Below are positions 26,800-41,100 of a stretch of DNA of 64,000 nucleotides, one piece after another. This DNA comes from Isurus oxyrinchus (Eukaryota). The notes beneath the pieces were generated by a model. It ran no database searches, had not been told where the DNA came from, and saw only the letters and a program-made list of their open reading frames with translations. How positions within the stretch are numbered: the stretch's first letter is position 1; the number at the start of each line of letters is the position of its first letter. A program made the translations under genes and the position numbers. The DNA lies in assembly GCA_026770705.1 (NCBI GenBank), contig JANJGN010000007.1, positions 109,678,001 to 109,742,000 of the forward strand, read 5' to 3'.

Positions 26800-29700
26800 C
26801 AAAAAAAATAGGAGCAGGAGTGGGCCATTTGGCCCTTCAAGCCTGCTCTGCCATTATGATAATGGCTGATCATCCGACTCAACAGCCTGCTCTCGCTTTC
26901 TCCCCATATCCTTTGATCCCTTTCACCCCAAGAGCTATATCTAACTCCTTCTTGAAAACATACAATATTTTGGCCTCAACTATTTTCTGTGGTAGCAAAT
27001 TCCACAGGCTCACCATTCTCTGGATGAAGAAATTTCTCCTCATCTCAGTCCTAAATGGTCTACCCCGTATCCTCAGACTGTGACCCCTGGTTCTGGACTC
27101 CCCCACCATCGGGAACATCCTGCCTGCATCTACTCTGTCTAGTCCTGTTAGAATTTTATAGGTTTCTATGAGGCCCCCCTCATTCTTCTGAACTCCAGCG
27201 AAAATAATCCTAACTGACTCAATCTCTTCTCATATGTCAGTCCCGCCATCCTAGCAATCAGTCTGGTAAAGCTTCGTTGCACTCCCTCTATAGTAAGTAC
27301 ATCCTTCCTCAGATAAGGAGACCAAAACTGCACAAAATATTCCAGGCGTGGTCCCACCAAGGCCCTGTATAATTGCAGCAAGACATCCCTGCTCCTTTAC
27401 TCGAAACCTCTGGCTGTGAAGGCCAACATACCATTTGCATTCTTTACCGCCAGCTGCACCTGCATGCTTACCTTCAGCGACTGGTGTGCGAGGACACCCA
27501 GGTCTCATTGCACATTTGCCTCTCAATTTCTAACCATTCAGATAATAATCTGCCTTCCTGTTTTTGCTACCAAAGTGGATAACCTCACAATTATCCACAT
27601 TATACTGCATCTGCCATGCATTGCCCACTCACTCAGCTTGTCCAAATCACACTGAAGCATCTCTGCATCCTCCTCACTGCTCACCCTCCTACCCAGCTTT
27701 GTGTCAACTGCAAATTTGGAGATATTACATTTAGTTCCCTCATCTAAATCACTAATATATATTGTGAACAGCTGGGGTCCCAGCACCGATCCCTGCAGTA
27801 CCCCACTAGTCACTGCATGCCATTCGGAAAAAGACTCGTTTATTCCCATTCTGTTTCTTGTCTGCCTACCAGTTTTCTATCCATCTCACTACGCTACCCC
27901 CAATCCCATGCGCTTTAATTTTACATGCTAATCTCTTATGTGGGACTTCGTCGAAAGCCTTCTGAAAGTCCAAATAAACCACATCCACTGGCTCCCTCTC
28001 ATCAACTCTACTAGATACATCCTCGAAAAATTCCAGTAGATATGTCAAGCACAATTTCCCTCTCGTAAATCCATGCTGGCTCTGTCTGATTCTGCTTTTG
28101 TTTTCCAAGCGCTCAGCTATTAAATCTTTAATAAAGGACTCCAGAATTTCCCCCCCTACCAACGTCAGGCTGACTCATCTACAATTGCCTATTTTCTCTC
28201 TACCTCCCTTTTTAAATAGTGGCGTTACATTAGCTACCCTCCAATCTATAGAAACTGTTCCAGAGTCTATAGAATCTTGGAAGATGACCACCGCTATTTC
28301 TTGGGCCACTTCCTTAAGTACTCTGGGATGAAGATTATCAGGCCCTGGGGACTTATCAGCCTTCAATCGCATTAATTTTCCAAACCCCATTTCCCTACTA
28401 ATGCTGATTTCTTTCAGTTCCTCCCTCTCACTAAACCCTGTGTTCCCCAACATTTCTGGCATGCTATTTGTGTCCTCCAATGTGAAGACAGAACCCAAAG
28501 TATGTATTTAGTTGGTCAGCCATTTCCTTGTCCCCCATTATAAATTCCCGTGTTTCTGACTGTAAAGGACCTACATTTGTCTTCACCAATCTTTTTCTCT
28601 TCACATACCTATAGAAGCTTTTACAGTCAGTTATTGTGTTCCCCACAAGCTTACTCTCGTACTCTATTTTCCCCTTCTTAATCAATCCCATGGTCCTCCT
28701 TTGCTGAATCCTAAGCTGCTCCCAATCCTCAGGTCTGTTGTTTTTTCTGGCCAATTTGTATGCCTCTTCCTTGGATCTAATGCTCTAATTTCCCTTGTAA
28801 ACCATGTTTTGGCCACCTTTCCTGTTTTACTTTTGTGCCAGACAGGAATAAACAATTGTTGCAGTTCACCCATGCACTTTTTGAATGTTTGCCATTGCCA
28901 ATTCACCATTATCCCTTTAAGTAACATTTCACCATCCATCATAGCCAACTGTGTCTCACACTATTGTAGTTTCCTTTATAAAGGATTCAGGATCCTAGTC
29001 TCAGAATCAACTACATCACTCTACATCTTGAGGAAAAATTCATCAATCATATTATGGTCGCTCATCCCCAAGGGGCCTTGTACAACGAGATTGCCAATTA
29101 TTCCTTTCTCACTACACAATACCCAGTCTAGGATGGCCTGCTCTCTAGTTGGTTCCTCAAAGTATTGGTCCAGAAAACTATTCCATATACACTCCAGGAA
29201 TTCCTCCTCTACAGTTTTGTTACAAATTTGATTTGCCCAATCTATAGGCAGATTAAAGTCACCAATAATTACAGATGTTCCTTTATTGCACGCGTCTCTA
29301 ATTTCCTGTTTAATGTCATTCCCAACATCACCGCAACAGTTTGGGGGTCTATAGACAACCTCCACTAACATTTTTTGCCCCTTGGTGTTTCTCAGCTCTA
29401 CCCATACAGATTCCACATCGTCGGAGCTAATATCTTTCCTCACAATTGAGTTAATTTCCTCTTTAACTAGCAATGCAACTCCACTGCCTTTTCTTTTGTG
29501 TCTGTCCTTCCTAAATACTGAATATCCCTGGATGTTCAGTTCCCATCCCTGCAGCCATGTCCCCTAATCCCAACTATATCATACCTGTTTACATCTATTT
29601 GCGCAGTTAATTCATCCACTTTATTGCGAATGCTCCTCGTGTTAAGGCACAAGGCTTTAAGGCTTGTCTTTTTAACATTACTTTTCCCGTTCCCACTATT

Positions 29701-30225
29701 TTTCACTGAGGCCCTGTTTGATTCTTGCCCTTGATTTCTCTGCTTCTCACTTTTCTCATTCCCTTTTCTGTCTTTTATTCTTGTCCTTAATTCCCCCTCC
29801 TCTGACTCCATGCATAGATTCCCACCCCCCTGCCATTTTAGTTTAAACTCTCCCCAACCACTCTAGCAAATATTCCCCCAAGGACATCCCCCTGATCCTA
29901 CCCAGGTGTATCCCGTCCAGTTTGTACTGGTCCCACCTCTCCCAGAACCGGTCCCAATGTCCCAGGAATCTGAAACCCTCCCCCTAACACCAACTCTTCA
30001 GCCAAGTGTTCACCTGATATATCTTGCTATTTCTTCTCTGACTAGCACAAAGCACTGGTAGTAATCCTGTGATCACTACTTTTGAGGTCCTAATTTTCAA
30101 ATTACTTCCTAACTCCCTATATTCTGCGTTTAGCACCTCATCCCTTTTTTTAAACCTACATCGTTTGTACCAATGTGTACTACGATCAATGGCTGTTCAC
30201 TCTCCCCCTTCAGAATGCCCTGCAG
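26800..30225 (-). mobile_element. Long CR1 LINE: ORF1 3' end (SGNH esterase) plus essentially all of ORF2, disrupted
   Basis: ORF1 GFRFLGHWDRFW...YKLDGIHLG; ORF2 LCLNTRSIRNK, VYRPPN, GDFN, SDHN, KSPGPD, YLDFQKAFD, QGSVLGP, KFAVDTKL. Confidence 0.95.
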
Positions 30226-31219
30226 ACATCCCTGATCAGCCTTCACAAGATCTCGCTAAAAGAGTAGAGTCTTAACCCAAATCAGCATCAGCTCACCTTA
30301 CCTGGCAGCACTTTCACCTCTCGTTTACATGATAAGAACAAGTCACACTCTAACATAATTCATGCTGATATTCCAGTGTACCTATGAATAGTGTTGTATT
30401 GTTAAAAGAGTATTCCTCTGACAAAACTTCAAACAGATGCCCTGTTCTATGTTTCATGAACAACAAAGCATGGCATACCCACAGTGCCCTGGTCAGCTAT
30501 TCCGATTCAATCAACGCCGAAAACAAACTCGCCAGTTGTTCATCTCACTGCCATATGTAAAATAGCTATCACATTTATATACATAGAAAATCACTACACT
30601 TCAAGGTAAGTCATTGTGTGCATAGTATTTTGTGACATTTGTGAAGGACATAAAAGGCGCTGTATAAAAAGGCCCCTTCCTCAAGTTTTCTCAATCTTCT
30701 GCAATTTGGTTCTTTATGGCCATCAGGAGCACAAAAACTGCATCAGATGTACACTCTGCTTTTCTCTGAACACATCTAGTACATTAAACAGAGCATCCAA
30801 AATAAATTTGAAACTAGCAAAAAAATTATAACATTAAAGACCATCCTTACAGCTGAGTCAAATTAATTAATTGTCTGCAATATTCTCAGAGCATACCATA
30901 AGACTATCATCTATTATCTATCATGTATACCACAGCTTTGGTACACCAAACGTGCAATATTCCCAGTGTATCTGACATTGCCAGTGCGACATGATGATGA
31001 AGTATCTCCAGTTTAACACTGTTTATGCTATAATGTCCCCTGTGCCTACAGCAGTGCTTGTGAAATGTCACATATGCAATTGCTCCAGTGTGATCCAAGT
31101 GCCAATGTGATCACATGCGCAATAACATCAATGTAATACAATACATACAGTACCCGCAGTAAAATGTACGCATGCAATATATCCAATGTGTAAAACATTA
31201 TGTACTTAATGTTGTATAC

Positions 31220-31320
31220 CTGTGTATTCATATTTAGCACAGGATAAATCCACTGTGCTTTCCAGTTTTATACCAACAATATCTGACAACCATGTACGTA
31301 AGTCTTCAAAGAGAGCCTTC
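31220..31320 (-). CDS. OGFOD1: OGFOD1 exon 4 (101 nt)
   Basis: ctctccag|[33 protein letters not shown]|gtatac. Confidence 0.95.
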
Positions 31321-31894
31321 CTGGAGAGAGAAAAACGGCTGACTGACTGAATCTTAAACAAACAAAATTAGATCATTAATTCCACAAAATTTAAACTGAC
31401 TGGATGAGAAAGATTCTACAGGATATCTGCAGATACCATCCAGAATTAAGTATTTTACTTCACCGAGTACCGAATGAGAACAATGGTTTACACTAATGCT
31501 GACACCTCAATGAAGGATAACACAGTGCCTTTTTCAAAGAGGGATACTGTGCAGCAAATGTTAAGTTTAGTCAAGTTTCTGACTGACATCCCTTTAAGTG
31601 AAGGGTAAAAATTTTACAGCACATATATTCTAGCAAACCCTGGGTGAAAGTTGTGCGAAATGGTCAAACTAACTATCGCCTTTAAAAAGGCAGTTACTTT
31701 TGTGAACCTAATGTACAGAACTAAAGTTTCAAAAATGAACAATTCATAAAGTGATTGACAATGTGCACAGTTACTCTGCTAGTCAGAGAACTATTCTACA
31801 CTATCTACAAGTCCCTTATCTTGCCACAGCTGACTGTACTGTGCCATCTCCCTTTCCTGACATTCTTAAGTTAACCAGAAGCTAGTATCACATC

Positions 31895-34495
31895 GTGTGT
31901 TTATTATAGGCCCCCAGATAGTCAGCAGGAAATTGAGGAGCAAATATGTGCAGAATTTGTGGAGGTGCATAAAAACAATAACAATAGGCTAATTATATTA
32001 GGTGATTTCAACTTTCTCAACATTAACTGGGATAGACATAGTGTTAAGGGCTTGGATGGAGTGGATTTCTTGAAATGTGTACAGGAGAACTTTTTAGGTC
32101 AATATGTAGAGGGTCCAACAAGGGACAGTGCATTGCTGGACCAAGTTCTGGGGAATGAAGCCAGACAGGTGGCTGAGGTGGTGGTGGGCGAACATTTTAG
32201 TGATAGCGACAACATTGTATGGTTTAAGTTTGTTATGGACAAAGAAATTGACAAGTTGCAAAAAAATGTTTTGAATTGAGGGAGAGTGAATTTTAGTAAA
32301 ATAAGGCAGGATCTAGTCAAGGTAGACTGGGAACAGTTACTTGTGGGGAAATCTACAGAGGAACAGTGGGGGGTGTTCAAACAGGAAATGGGGAGGGTAC
32401 AGGCTCAGCATGTTCCTTCTAGGGTGATAGGAAGGAATAACAAGCCCAGAGAACCATGGATGACCAGAGATATCCAGGTTACGATGAGAAGGAAAAGAGA
32501 GGCTTTTAGCAGGTACAAGGGAAGCAAATCAGCAGAGGCATTAGTGGAGTACAGACAGTGCAGGGTGGAGCTTAAGAATGCAATTAGGAGAGCAAAAAGG
32601 GGATATGAGAAAGCTCTGGCTGGTAAAGGAAAGGAAAATCCTATGATATTCTAGAAGTATATCAATGGGAAGAGGATAACCAGGGAAGAGTAGGGCCCAT
32701 TAGGGACCAAGGGGACAATCTATGGGTGGAGACAGAGGACATCACTAGAGTGTTGAATGAATACTTCACATCCGTCTTCACCCAAGAGAATGAGGATGAA
32801 GGTATCGAACTCAAGGAGAGAGACTGCGAGGTTCTTAAGCAAATTGATATAGGGAGTGACAAGGTATTGGAGTTTTCGGCAGGCTTAAAAGTGGAGAAAT
32901 CTCCAGGTCCAGATGATTTGTGTCCCAGACTGCTGAGGGAGGCAAGGGAGGAGATCGCAGGAGCTCTGACCCGAATTTTTAATTCCTCTCTGGCCACGAG
33001 AGAGGTGCCAGAGTACTGCAGAACAGCTAATGTGGTTCCGCTATTTAAGAACGGCTGTAGAGATAAGCAGGGAACTACAGGCCAGTGAGTCTCATGTCAG
33101 TGGTAGAGAAACTATTAGAAGGAGAGTATCTATCTCCACTTGGAGAGGCAAGGTTTGATCAGGGATAGTCAGCATGGCTTTGTCAGAGGGAGGTCATGCC
33201 TAACAAATTTGATTGAATTTTTTCAGGAGGTGACCAGGTGTGTAGATGAGGGTAATGCAGTTGATGTACTTTATATGGATTTCAGCAAAGCCTTTGTCAA
33301 GGTCCCACATGGGAGACTTATAAAGAAGGCAAAGGCACATGGGATACAAGGTAATTTGGTAAGGTGGATTCAAAATAGGCTTAGTTGTAGGAGGCAGAGG
33401 GTGATGACAGAAGGATGCTTTAATGACTGGAAGCCAGTGTCCAGTGGCGAAAAACAGGGACCCATGCTCGGTCCCCTATTATTTGTCATTTATATAAACG
33501 ACATAGATGACTATGTGGGGGGTTAGGATTAGTAAGTTCACGGATGACACAAAGATTGGCTGGGTGGTTAACAGTGAGGTTGAGTGTCTTGGGCTACAGG
33601 AAGATATAGACGGGATGGTCAAATGGGCAGATAAGTGGCAGATGGAATTTAACCCTGAAACGTGTGAGGTGATACACTTTGGAAGGAGTAATTGACAAGG
33701 ACGTATTCAATGAATGGCATAGCATCAGGAAGTTCTGAGGAACAAAGGGACCATGGCGTGTGTGTCCATAGATCTCTGAAGGCAGAGGGGCATATTAGCG
33801 GGGTGGCAAAAAAGGCATATAGGACACTTGCGTTTATCAATCAAGGCATAGATTACAAAAGTTTAGAAGTCATGTTGGAAATGTAGAGAACCTTGGTGAG
33901 GCCACAGCTGGAGTACTGTGTGCAGTTCTGGTCGCCACATTATAGGAAAGATGTGATTGCACTGGAGGGGGTGCAGAGGAGATTCACCAGAATGTTGCCT
34001 GGGATGAAACGTTTAAGTTATGAAGAGAGATTGGATAGCCTTGGGTTGTTTTCGTTGGAGCAGAGAAGACTAAGGGGTGACCTGATCGAGGTATGCAAGA
34101 TTATGAGGGGCAAGGACAGGGTGGATAGGGAGCAGCTGTTCCCCTTAGTTGAAGGGTCAGTCACAAGGGGCATAGGTTCAAGGTGAGGGGCAGGAGGTTT
34201 AGGGGGGATGTGAGGAAAAATTTTTTACCCAGAGGATGGTGACAGTCTGGAAGGCACTACCTGGGAGGGTGGTGGAGGCGGGTTGCCTCATATCCTTTAA
34301 AAAGTTCCTGGATGAGCACTTGGCACGTCATAACATTCAAGGCTATGGGCCAAGTGCTGGTAAATGGGATTAGGTAGGTAAGTCAGGTGTTTCTCATGTG
34401 TTGGTGCAGACTCAATGGGCCGAAGGGGCTCTTCTGCACTGTGATTCTGTCATTCTGTCTGATTCTGTGTGCGTCATTCTGTCTGATTGTGTGTG
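31895..34495 (+). mobile_element. CR1 LINE ORF2, 5'-truncated, with ATTCTGT-type tail
   Basis: YRPP, GDFN, KSPGPD, YMDFSKAF, KFTDDTKIG, RPQLEYC; tail gattctgtcattctgtctgattctgt at 34443-34490. Confidence 0.95.
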
Positions 34496-35032
34496 CTACA
34501 CCTCCTCCTTGCAGAAAGTATCAGAAAGGGACCAGGAAGTGGACAAAGATTGCCACTGAAAGCATCAAGATGGAACAAATGGAGAAGAGGGTCTATCATT
34601 GAATGTACTGGACAGCTTCCCTCATTCCTGTCAAAATTTCTCAAAATGATGGCCAAAATTGTCTATTAATTGTTTATTTTCAGGAGTTAGGACCATTTCT
34701 GGGTCCTGAGCCCCTCATGGGTCTGCAATGCATAGTTCACAGCGATCTATCAGGAATCCTCCTCCTCATTGTCTGCGCTGTCTAATTAATGATGGCAGGC
34801 GAGTTCCTGAGGCCACAGGCCCAATCAGAGGGCCAGGAGCTTTGGAAGGCCGACAGGTCCACTGGGAGAGGTGGGTGCTCTCAGGCAGAAAGGAGAGCCT
34901 GAGGTTGCCTCAAAATAGAGGTTTTTTTGGCCATCAGTGAATGTTTCATAAAGGAAACATGATTCAGGATCTGTGAGCAAACATTCTGCAGAGATCACAG
35001 TCAAATATATGAAGGGCCATAATCACACAGTA

Positions 35033-35515
35033 GGGTGGGCAGTGGTATAGCAGCAATGTCACTGAGCTAATAATCCAGAGACCCAGGCTAATGGTCTGGG
35101 GACATTGGTTCAAATCCCATCACAGCAGCTGGTGGAATTTAAATTCAATTAATGAAACTAGAATATAAAGCTACTTTGTGACCGTGACAATTATCATCGA
35201 TTGTTGTAAAAATACATCTTCTGGTGGAGAGTCATATGTCAAAGAGTCGAAACATTAACTGTATTCTTCTCCGCAGATGCTGTCAGACCTGCTGAGTTTT
35301 TCCAGGTATTTTTGTTTTTGTTTCTGGTTCACTAATGCCCTTGAGGGAAGGAAATTTGTCATCATTACCACTCTGACCTGCATGTGACTCCGGACCCACA
35401 GCAATGTGTTGACTCTTAAATGCCCTCCAAAATGGCCCAGCAAACCATTCAGTTCAGGGGAAATTAGGGGTGGGCAATAAATGCTGGCCTTGCTCGCAAA
35501 ACCCACATCCCACGA
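35033..35515 (+). mobile_element. tRNA-derived SINE interrupted by a Penelope terminal fragment (about 35220-35323)
   Basis: B box GGTTCAAATCCC; homologous to 3222-3566; insert gaaacattaactg...gtttttccaggtatttttgtttttg. Confidence 0.8.
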
Positions 35516-36069
35516 AAGAATTTTTTAAAACTAACAGCATGGAGGGCAAGGGTTATACAAACCAGCATGATGATGAAGGATTGAATTAATCAGTCTGAGA
35601 CAGAAAAAGTACCTAGTGCAAAAGAGCAAACAAAAGGAGAAAACCTTTCCTTAAAAAAGCAGGAAAAAAATATGTGCGTCTGATTCCCAGAGTTTGCATA
35701 GAATTAAACGTCAGCCTGCGAAAACCACAAACTGAATGATAGCAACAATAAATATGCTGCAGTGCAGCAAGATGGCTCGCTTAAAAATTTACTTAAAATA
35801 TTTTATTTTCTGCCAGTGAATCTTCCAAATGGCTTATTTCTATTACATTTCACCCAAATGTGCAGCAGCAATTTGCTCTCAGAAGTGTTAACTTCACTTT
35901 CTCACTCGTCCCCAGAACATACACAAAGCATACTGGAAACCACTCAACTGAAAATTAATGTTGCAACAAGGGAAACATGCCTGAAAACACAACACATTTC
36001 AGTCCAATTATCCAGTTCAAATTATGTCCTGAGCAAGCTCAGAGAAGATAAGGGTTCACAGTAACTCAC

Positions 36070-36116
36070 CTTAATGCTGAGATATGATATCCTTTCTTCT
36101 TCTGCAGGTCATCAGA
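36070..36116 (-). CDS. OGFOD1: OGFOD1 exon 3 (47 nt)
   Basis: cttgacag|SDDLQKKKGYHISAL(R)|gtgagt; phase 0 in, phase 2 out. Confidence 0.93.
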
Positions 36117-37050
36117 CTGTCAAGAGGGAAAGAAACATAATATTTACATCCAATGTATTAGTTCTGTCTGAAAATATATCTAGAAACTTTCCCTTATTAG
36201 CTCCATTTGATTACCTACATCTAGAACCTAAATTAGTTCTGAATATTCACATCTAGAACCTCACTGTTAGCTCAGTGTGAATATTTAAAGTCATAATCAC
36301 ATCTCACCAGTGCTGTGGACTGATATTTCAGGCATCACAATAGCTGTGTTTTTTTCTTCCCAGTCTCTATTAAATATATTAGTAAATACTCAGACATTAA
36401 AAGATGCCTGCAACCTATGGCCTGTCCTAGTACAATCACAGTTCTCAGTTACAGTGTAAGTGGATAGACTGAACAAGTAGTTTGCTTGTTCTACATCATT
36501 CTGGAAAGGCTCTTTCACATCAGGTCACCTCAACCACTGGCATTCCAGTATGTCTGCTGCATAAGAATCACCTCACCTGACATCATTCCAGGATTTTTGC
36601 TATGCTAGGATCAGCTCAACCTATATCATTACAAGAATTTTGCCGCACAAAGACCTTCATAAATTACAACAGTGACTACATTTCAAAAGTACTTTAGCCG
36701 CAGTGAAAAGCTTTGGGACGTTCTGAGGCTATGAAAAGGCATTGCATGAATGTAAGTTAATTTTTTCCCTCTTTCATCTCACTTTATGACTCCAGTGTGC
36801 TCATTCCACTCTGCTGCATAGTGATTCTCTTGCCCTACATGCCTCTGGTGTATCTGATCCATCTGCTGTACAGAAATCCCCTCAGTCCACACCACTCCAA
36901 AGTACCTGTTGCACCATGATACATGAAGTCCTTTTATTCAATACAGTCTACAAACAATGGAACAATTTTATTGATGCACAGATAACAAAGAGGTAAGAAT
37001 TTTTGCGCTCTCGCCACCCAAACCTTCCCTTTGCAAAATCTGTTTCTCAC

Positions 37051-37199
37051 CTGCTTGAATTTATACAGATCATTCGATTTTTCATGAAAGTTCAGCTTTA
37101 GAAGCTCATTCTTAAGCCCTTCCAGGAATGTTTGACTCTGGATAAAATTTGATATCACACAGTGTGTAAACGGCTGAATGCCCACCAGCAGACCCTTCT
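37051..37199 (-). CDS. OGFOD1: OGFOD1 exon 2 (149 nt)
   Basis: tttacag|...(E)[49 protein letters not shown]|gtgaga; matches the OGFOD1 PF.HCVI.NFI...FHEK.NDLYKF.Q motif. Confidence 0.95.
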
Positions 37200-38131
37200 C
37201 TGTAAAGGGAGGAGGAAAGGCACTGTTAATACCTTGGCAAGGAGCACTTCTGCTGCAATAAATCACAGACATGGAATATTTTCCTTACCATTCCATATCT
37301 TTGTAAAAATAAAAAGGAAGTTGAATTGTCAGAGTCCAAAAGAATTATCTGTACACTGTTACACTGGATACAGATTAAGTACTCTTTCATTTATGCTACC
37401 TGGTTTGTACTGGAATTCTCCTGGCCAGATACGAGTTCAATGTGTGCAGAGCTCTCCTTTTGGCCGGTAGTGTTTGAGTGTACCGACTATGCAAGTCAGT
37501 GCATTCACAATGTATTTGCATTTAAATCAAATATGCTTGCGTTTAAAACATGTTTAAGAGGTCTAACAGACTTCCTGTGTGCTTTATGAACACAGGTTTC
37601 ACACCAAACTAGAGTTACATCAATTATGTAACCCAAGCCCAATGAGGTTGCTCCCCCTGGAGAACAACACATCATTTCACTCCAAAGTCAAATCAGCACC
37701 TGACCCTAATGTAACCTTAGCAACAGTGTGAAGTTGAGCCTGCTTCTCAGCAACTCTAAAGTTAATGCACAAATGCACCATAAATCCACCATAAATGTTT
37801 CCTCTGTTTGCGTGCCTTAAGGTTTAAAGCTTCCACTGGAAAAAGCCTATCACTTGTGAAGGCGCCACTAACCTCCAAAGCAGGTATCGATGGGCAACAT
37901 CCATTTCCCTAACTCCAGGTTTCCTGTCCAGGAACCAACTTTGAATTCAGGTCATTAGATTTTGAAGCACCACTGCATTTCCTTTGTCAAACGCCTTATG
38001 TTTTTTAACAAGCCTTTTTGCAAAACATCTTATCAGATGGCTTCTGAAAATCCTTATATATATCTCATTGCATTCCTTTATCTAACCAATCATCTCTGCA
38101 ATGTGAAATCTTGTTAAGTTTGTATAACACA

Positions 38132-41100
38132 ATCCAGAATTTTACATTGCAGGATCGGGCATGTGGCCAACCCGACCTTGTGTGAAATCGCACATCTGCG
38201 CACGTCCTGACATCATTGCGCCATATTACGGTCAGTGGGCGACACGGCCAGATAGTCACCCGTTTTTAAGTGAAACTCAATCCAGGGCAGGGTAAAAGTC
38301 AACCAGTGCTGTGGCTATATGAGTAGGCTGGAGCTTAGGTGAGAGTTCTAGGTGCTTTTCTGACAGTTATTTGCATTTCCTGGGTTTTCTAGAGGACTCT
38401 TTGGCTTACAAGCTTTCTTAAAGGCTTTCTGCCATGTGCATACTTCAGGGCACTGTAACATCTGTATTCCAGCAAACAGGGATTATCTACTCTGCTGGAG
38501 GGACCTCCCTGAAGAAGGAGAGGGTCAGAAGGGAGAGGGGGGCTAGTGTCCGCAGGCAGCATCCCAGAGAGTGACCGGTAGAAAGAGAGACGTAGCCACA
38601 CGAGGTGCAAGACCAGCAGGAAGTGCAAGGCAGAAGGGTCTGCAGAAGGCATCATTATCCTGCAGCCAGAGTCTACAAGCAATGCTGCAGCTATCTGGAC
38701 ATGTTAGAGGTCTGGTGCTGAAGGAGACTCCACCTTTTTACGGAGACTGTGATCTCCATTTGCCATATGATTTGCCCAGAGATCGCCTCAAACTGTGTTG
38801 GTGGTCACCCAACGCCAGTGGCCGTTAAGCTGACAGTGAACCTGAACTTTTTTGCCTCCTATTCCTTTCAAGGGTCAGCGCGAGATCTATGTGGTGTTTC
38901 CCAATCTGCTACCCACAGCTGTGTCACGCTGGTCACTGACACTCTGTGATGGGTGATGCACTTCATTCATTTCTGGACTGACGAAGCCAGCCAGGCTGAG
39001 CAAGCCAGAGTCTTCGCTGTAATTGCTGGGTTCCACGCATCCAGGTTACTATAAATTAGAAGTTCCCCTCCAAACCACTCACCATCCTGACTTGGAACTA
39101 CATCACTGTTCCTTCACTGGGTCAAAATCCTGGAACTCACTCTCTAACAGCACAGGGACTGCAGTGGTTCAAGAAGGCAGCTCACAACTGTAATATGGGG
39201 CAAGGATGTTGGGACATGTGCAGATGTTTTCTCATGCGATTTCACGCAAGGTCAGGTTGGCCACGTACAACCACCTTCTCAAGGGCAAATAGGAATGGGC
39301 TTAAATACTGGCCTAGCCAGCGACACCCACATCCCATGAACCAATAAAAAACACTCATGACAATAAAGTTGCCAGCAGGTAAGTTGGGTGCCTTCACCAA
39401 CAGAAAGGGTTCCCACTCCATCAACATCCAGATTGTTTGTGACCACAAGACACAGAACCGCCAGATTCCACGATGCCTACATCCTGCAGCACTCCCAGGT
39501 GCCAAGGCTCTTTATCGCACCGGCTCAGCTTGATGGTTGGCTCCTGGGTGACAAAGGCTATCCCCTGAAAAGGTGGCTCCTGATGCCACTCTGACACCCA
39601 AGGACAGAAGCGGAGCAGAGGTACAAAAGAAGTCATGCCCCTACAAAGACAGCAATTGAGAGGGCCATTGGCCTGCCCAAGATGAGGTTCCACTGCCTGG
39701 GCTGATTGAGGAAGCACTGCAACATCCTCCAAAGTGAGTTTTGCTTATTACCGTTGTGTGCTGCAATCTGCTCATTTTGGCTCAGTCAAAGGGGGACCTT
39801 TTGGAGGTTGAAAACAGCGAGGTAGCTCCCCAGGCCACAAAGGCAACTCAACTGATGGGTCTGACGAGGTGCCAGAGGAGGCGCAGGGTGAGGAAGTGGC
39901 TGCAGAAGTGATGAACCTTGTGAGAGGCAGGTTGATCAGGGAAGACTTGATTCTCTGTTCGTTCAGCTAGGCATCCAAGGCACGGCCAGAAGGTGAGGGC
40001 AAGGGTAACACCTCCTTACTGAGCATTCGTGATGAGGCCTGTGCACCCTATGTCAACTACCTCTGAAATAACGTTTGCAGCCCTACCATCTATCACAAGT
40101 CACTCCCATGCCCACATCAATGAGAAACATAAAGCAAATTCAGACCATGAAACATCATAACATCTTCCAAAGGTGGTTTTGTTTACACAGTTTGAACTTA
40201 GAACAGGTTTAAACTGAAGTAATATCACCCATGCCAACCCCTCTTGTATTTATAGTATTGTAAACTTCCACTTGCAAGTGCTGCGCCTAGGTGCCACTGG
40301 CAGTGGCATAGAGGCTGCCTGCTGACTGTGATGACCTGTCAGCCCTGATGACTTTGGCAGACATCCTCTGGCTGGCAAAGCCTGTGCAGGCACGATCTGG
40401 GAGGGTGCGTCCAGCGCCATTGCTGGGCGCTCCTCAGACATCATCTTATCAGATGCCATGGGCACTGGCAGAGGGGAGGAGCAGCTGCTGCCTTCATCTG
40501 GAGCACACTGAGAGGAGCCCACAGGTGTAACACGCAGCTGGCTTGCCAACATGAGGTTGTTTCGAACCTCCCTGCTTGCCATTGATGGACGAGCACCTAG
40601 CAGAGTGACTAGTTGCCTCGTCCATCTCTCACACAGGCAGTGACCTGCTGAGGTCAGTACCAGTGTGTGGGCTTGAGATCCGAGCGCGACCCCAGGAGCC
40701 TCTGATTCTGTTCCTGGAGTTGCCTCTTCATGAAAGTCGCCGCTTTCTCAATGGAGGAGGCCGTCCACTTGGAGCTCTGGATCAATGCAGTGCTCATGCT
40801 TTGTGTGGACTCCTCCATGACAGAGACCAGGCACACAGACCATCAGGGGTCTCTGCCAGATCTTCCCGCACATCCTGCTAGACATCCAGCATCTGCTGCC
40901 TGATGGATGACCACAGGGGCATCATCTGCCTCAGAGTCAGCATGTTCCTGGTCTCCAGCAGTCCTCCGACTGCCGGTGCCCTGGATTTTCCCTGCTTTCA
41001 CCAGCTCCTCAAGCGAGTGTGATGTGCCCTCACCACTGTGCACTACAAAGTGATCCGACGCGCTATTGCCCACTGACATGCCATATCTGCACTGGTGCTT

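Noticed and set aside
38560-39970. Host gene HARBI1
   Set aside because: Multiple stops, frameshifts, a LINE insertion, TIR-like ends and a Myb partner gene indicate a dead transposon
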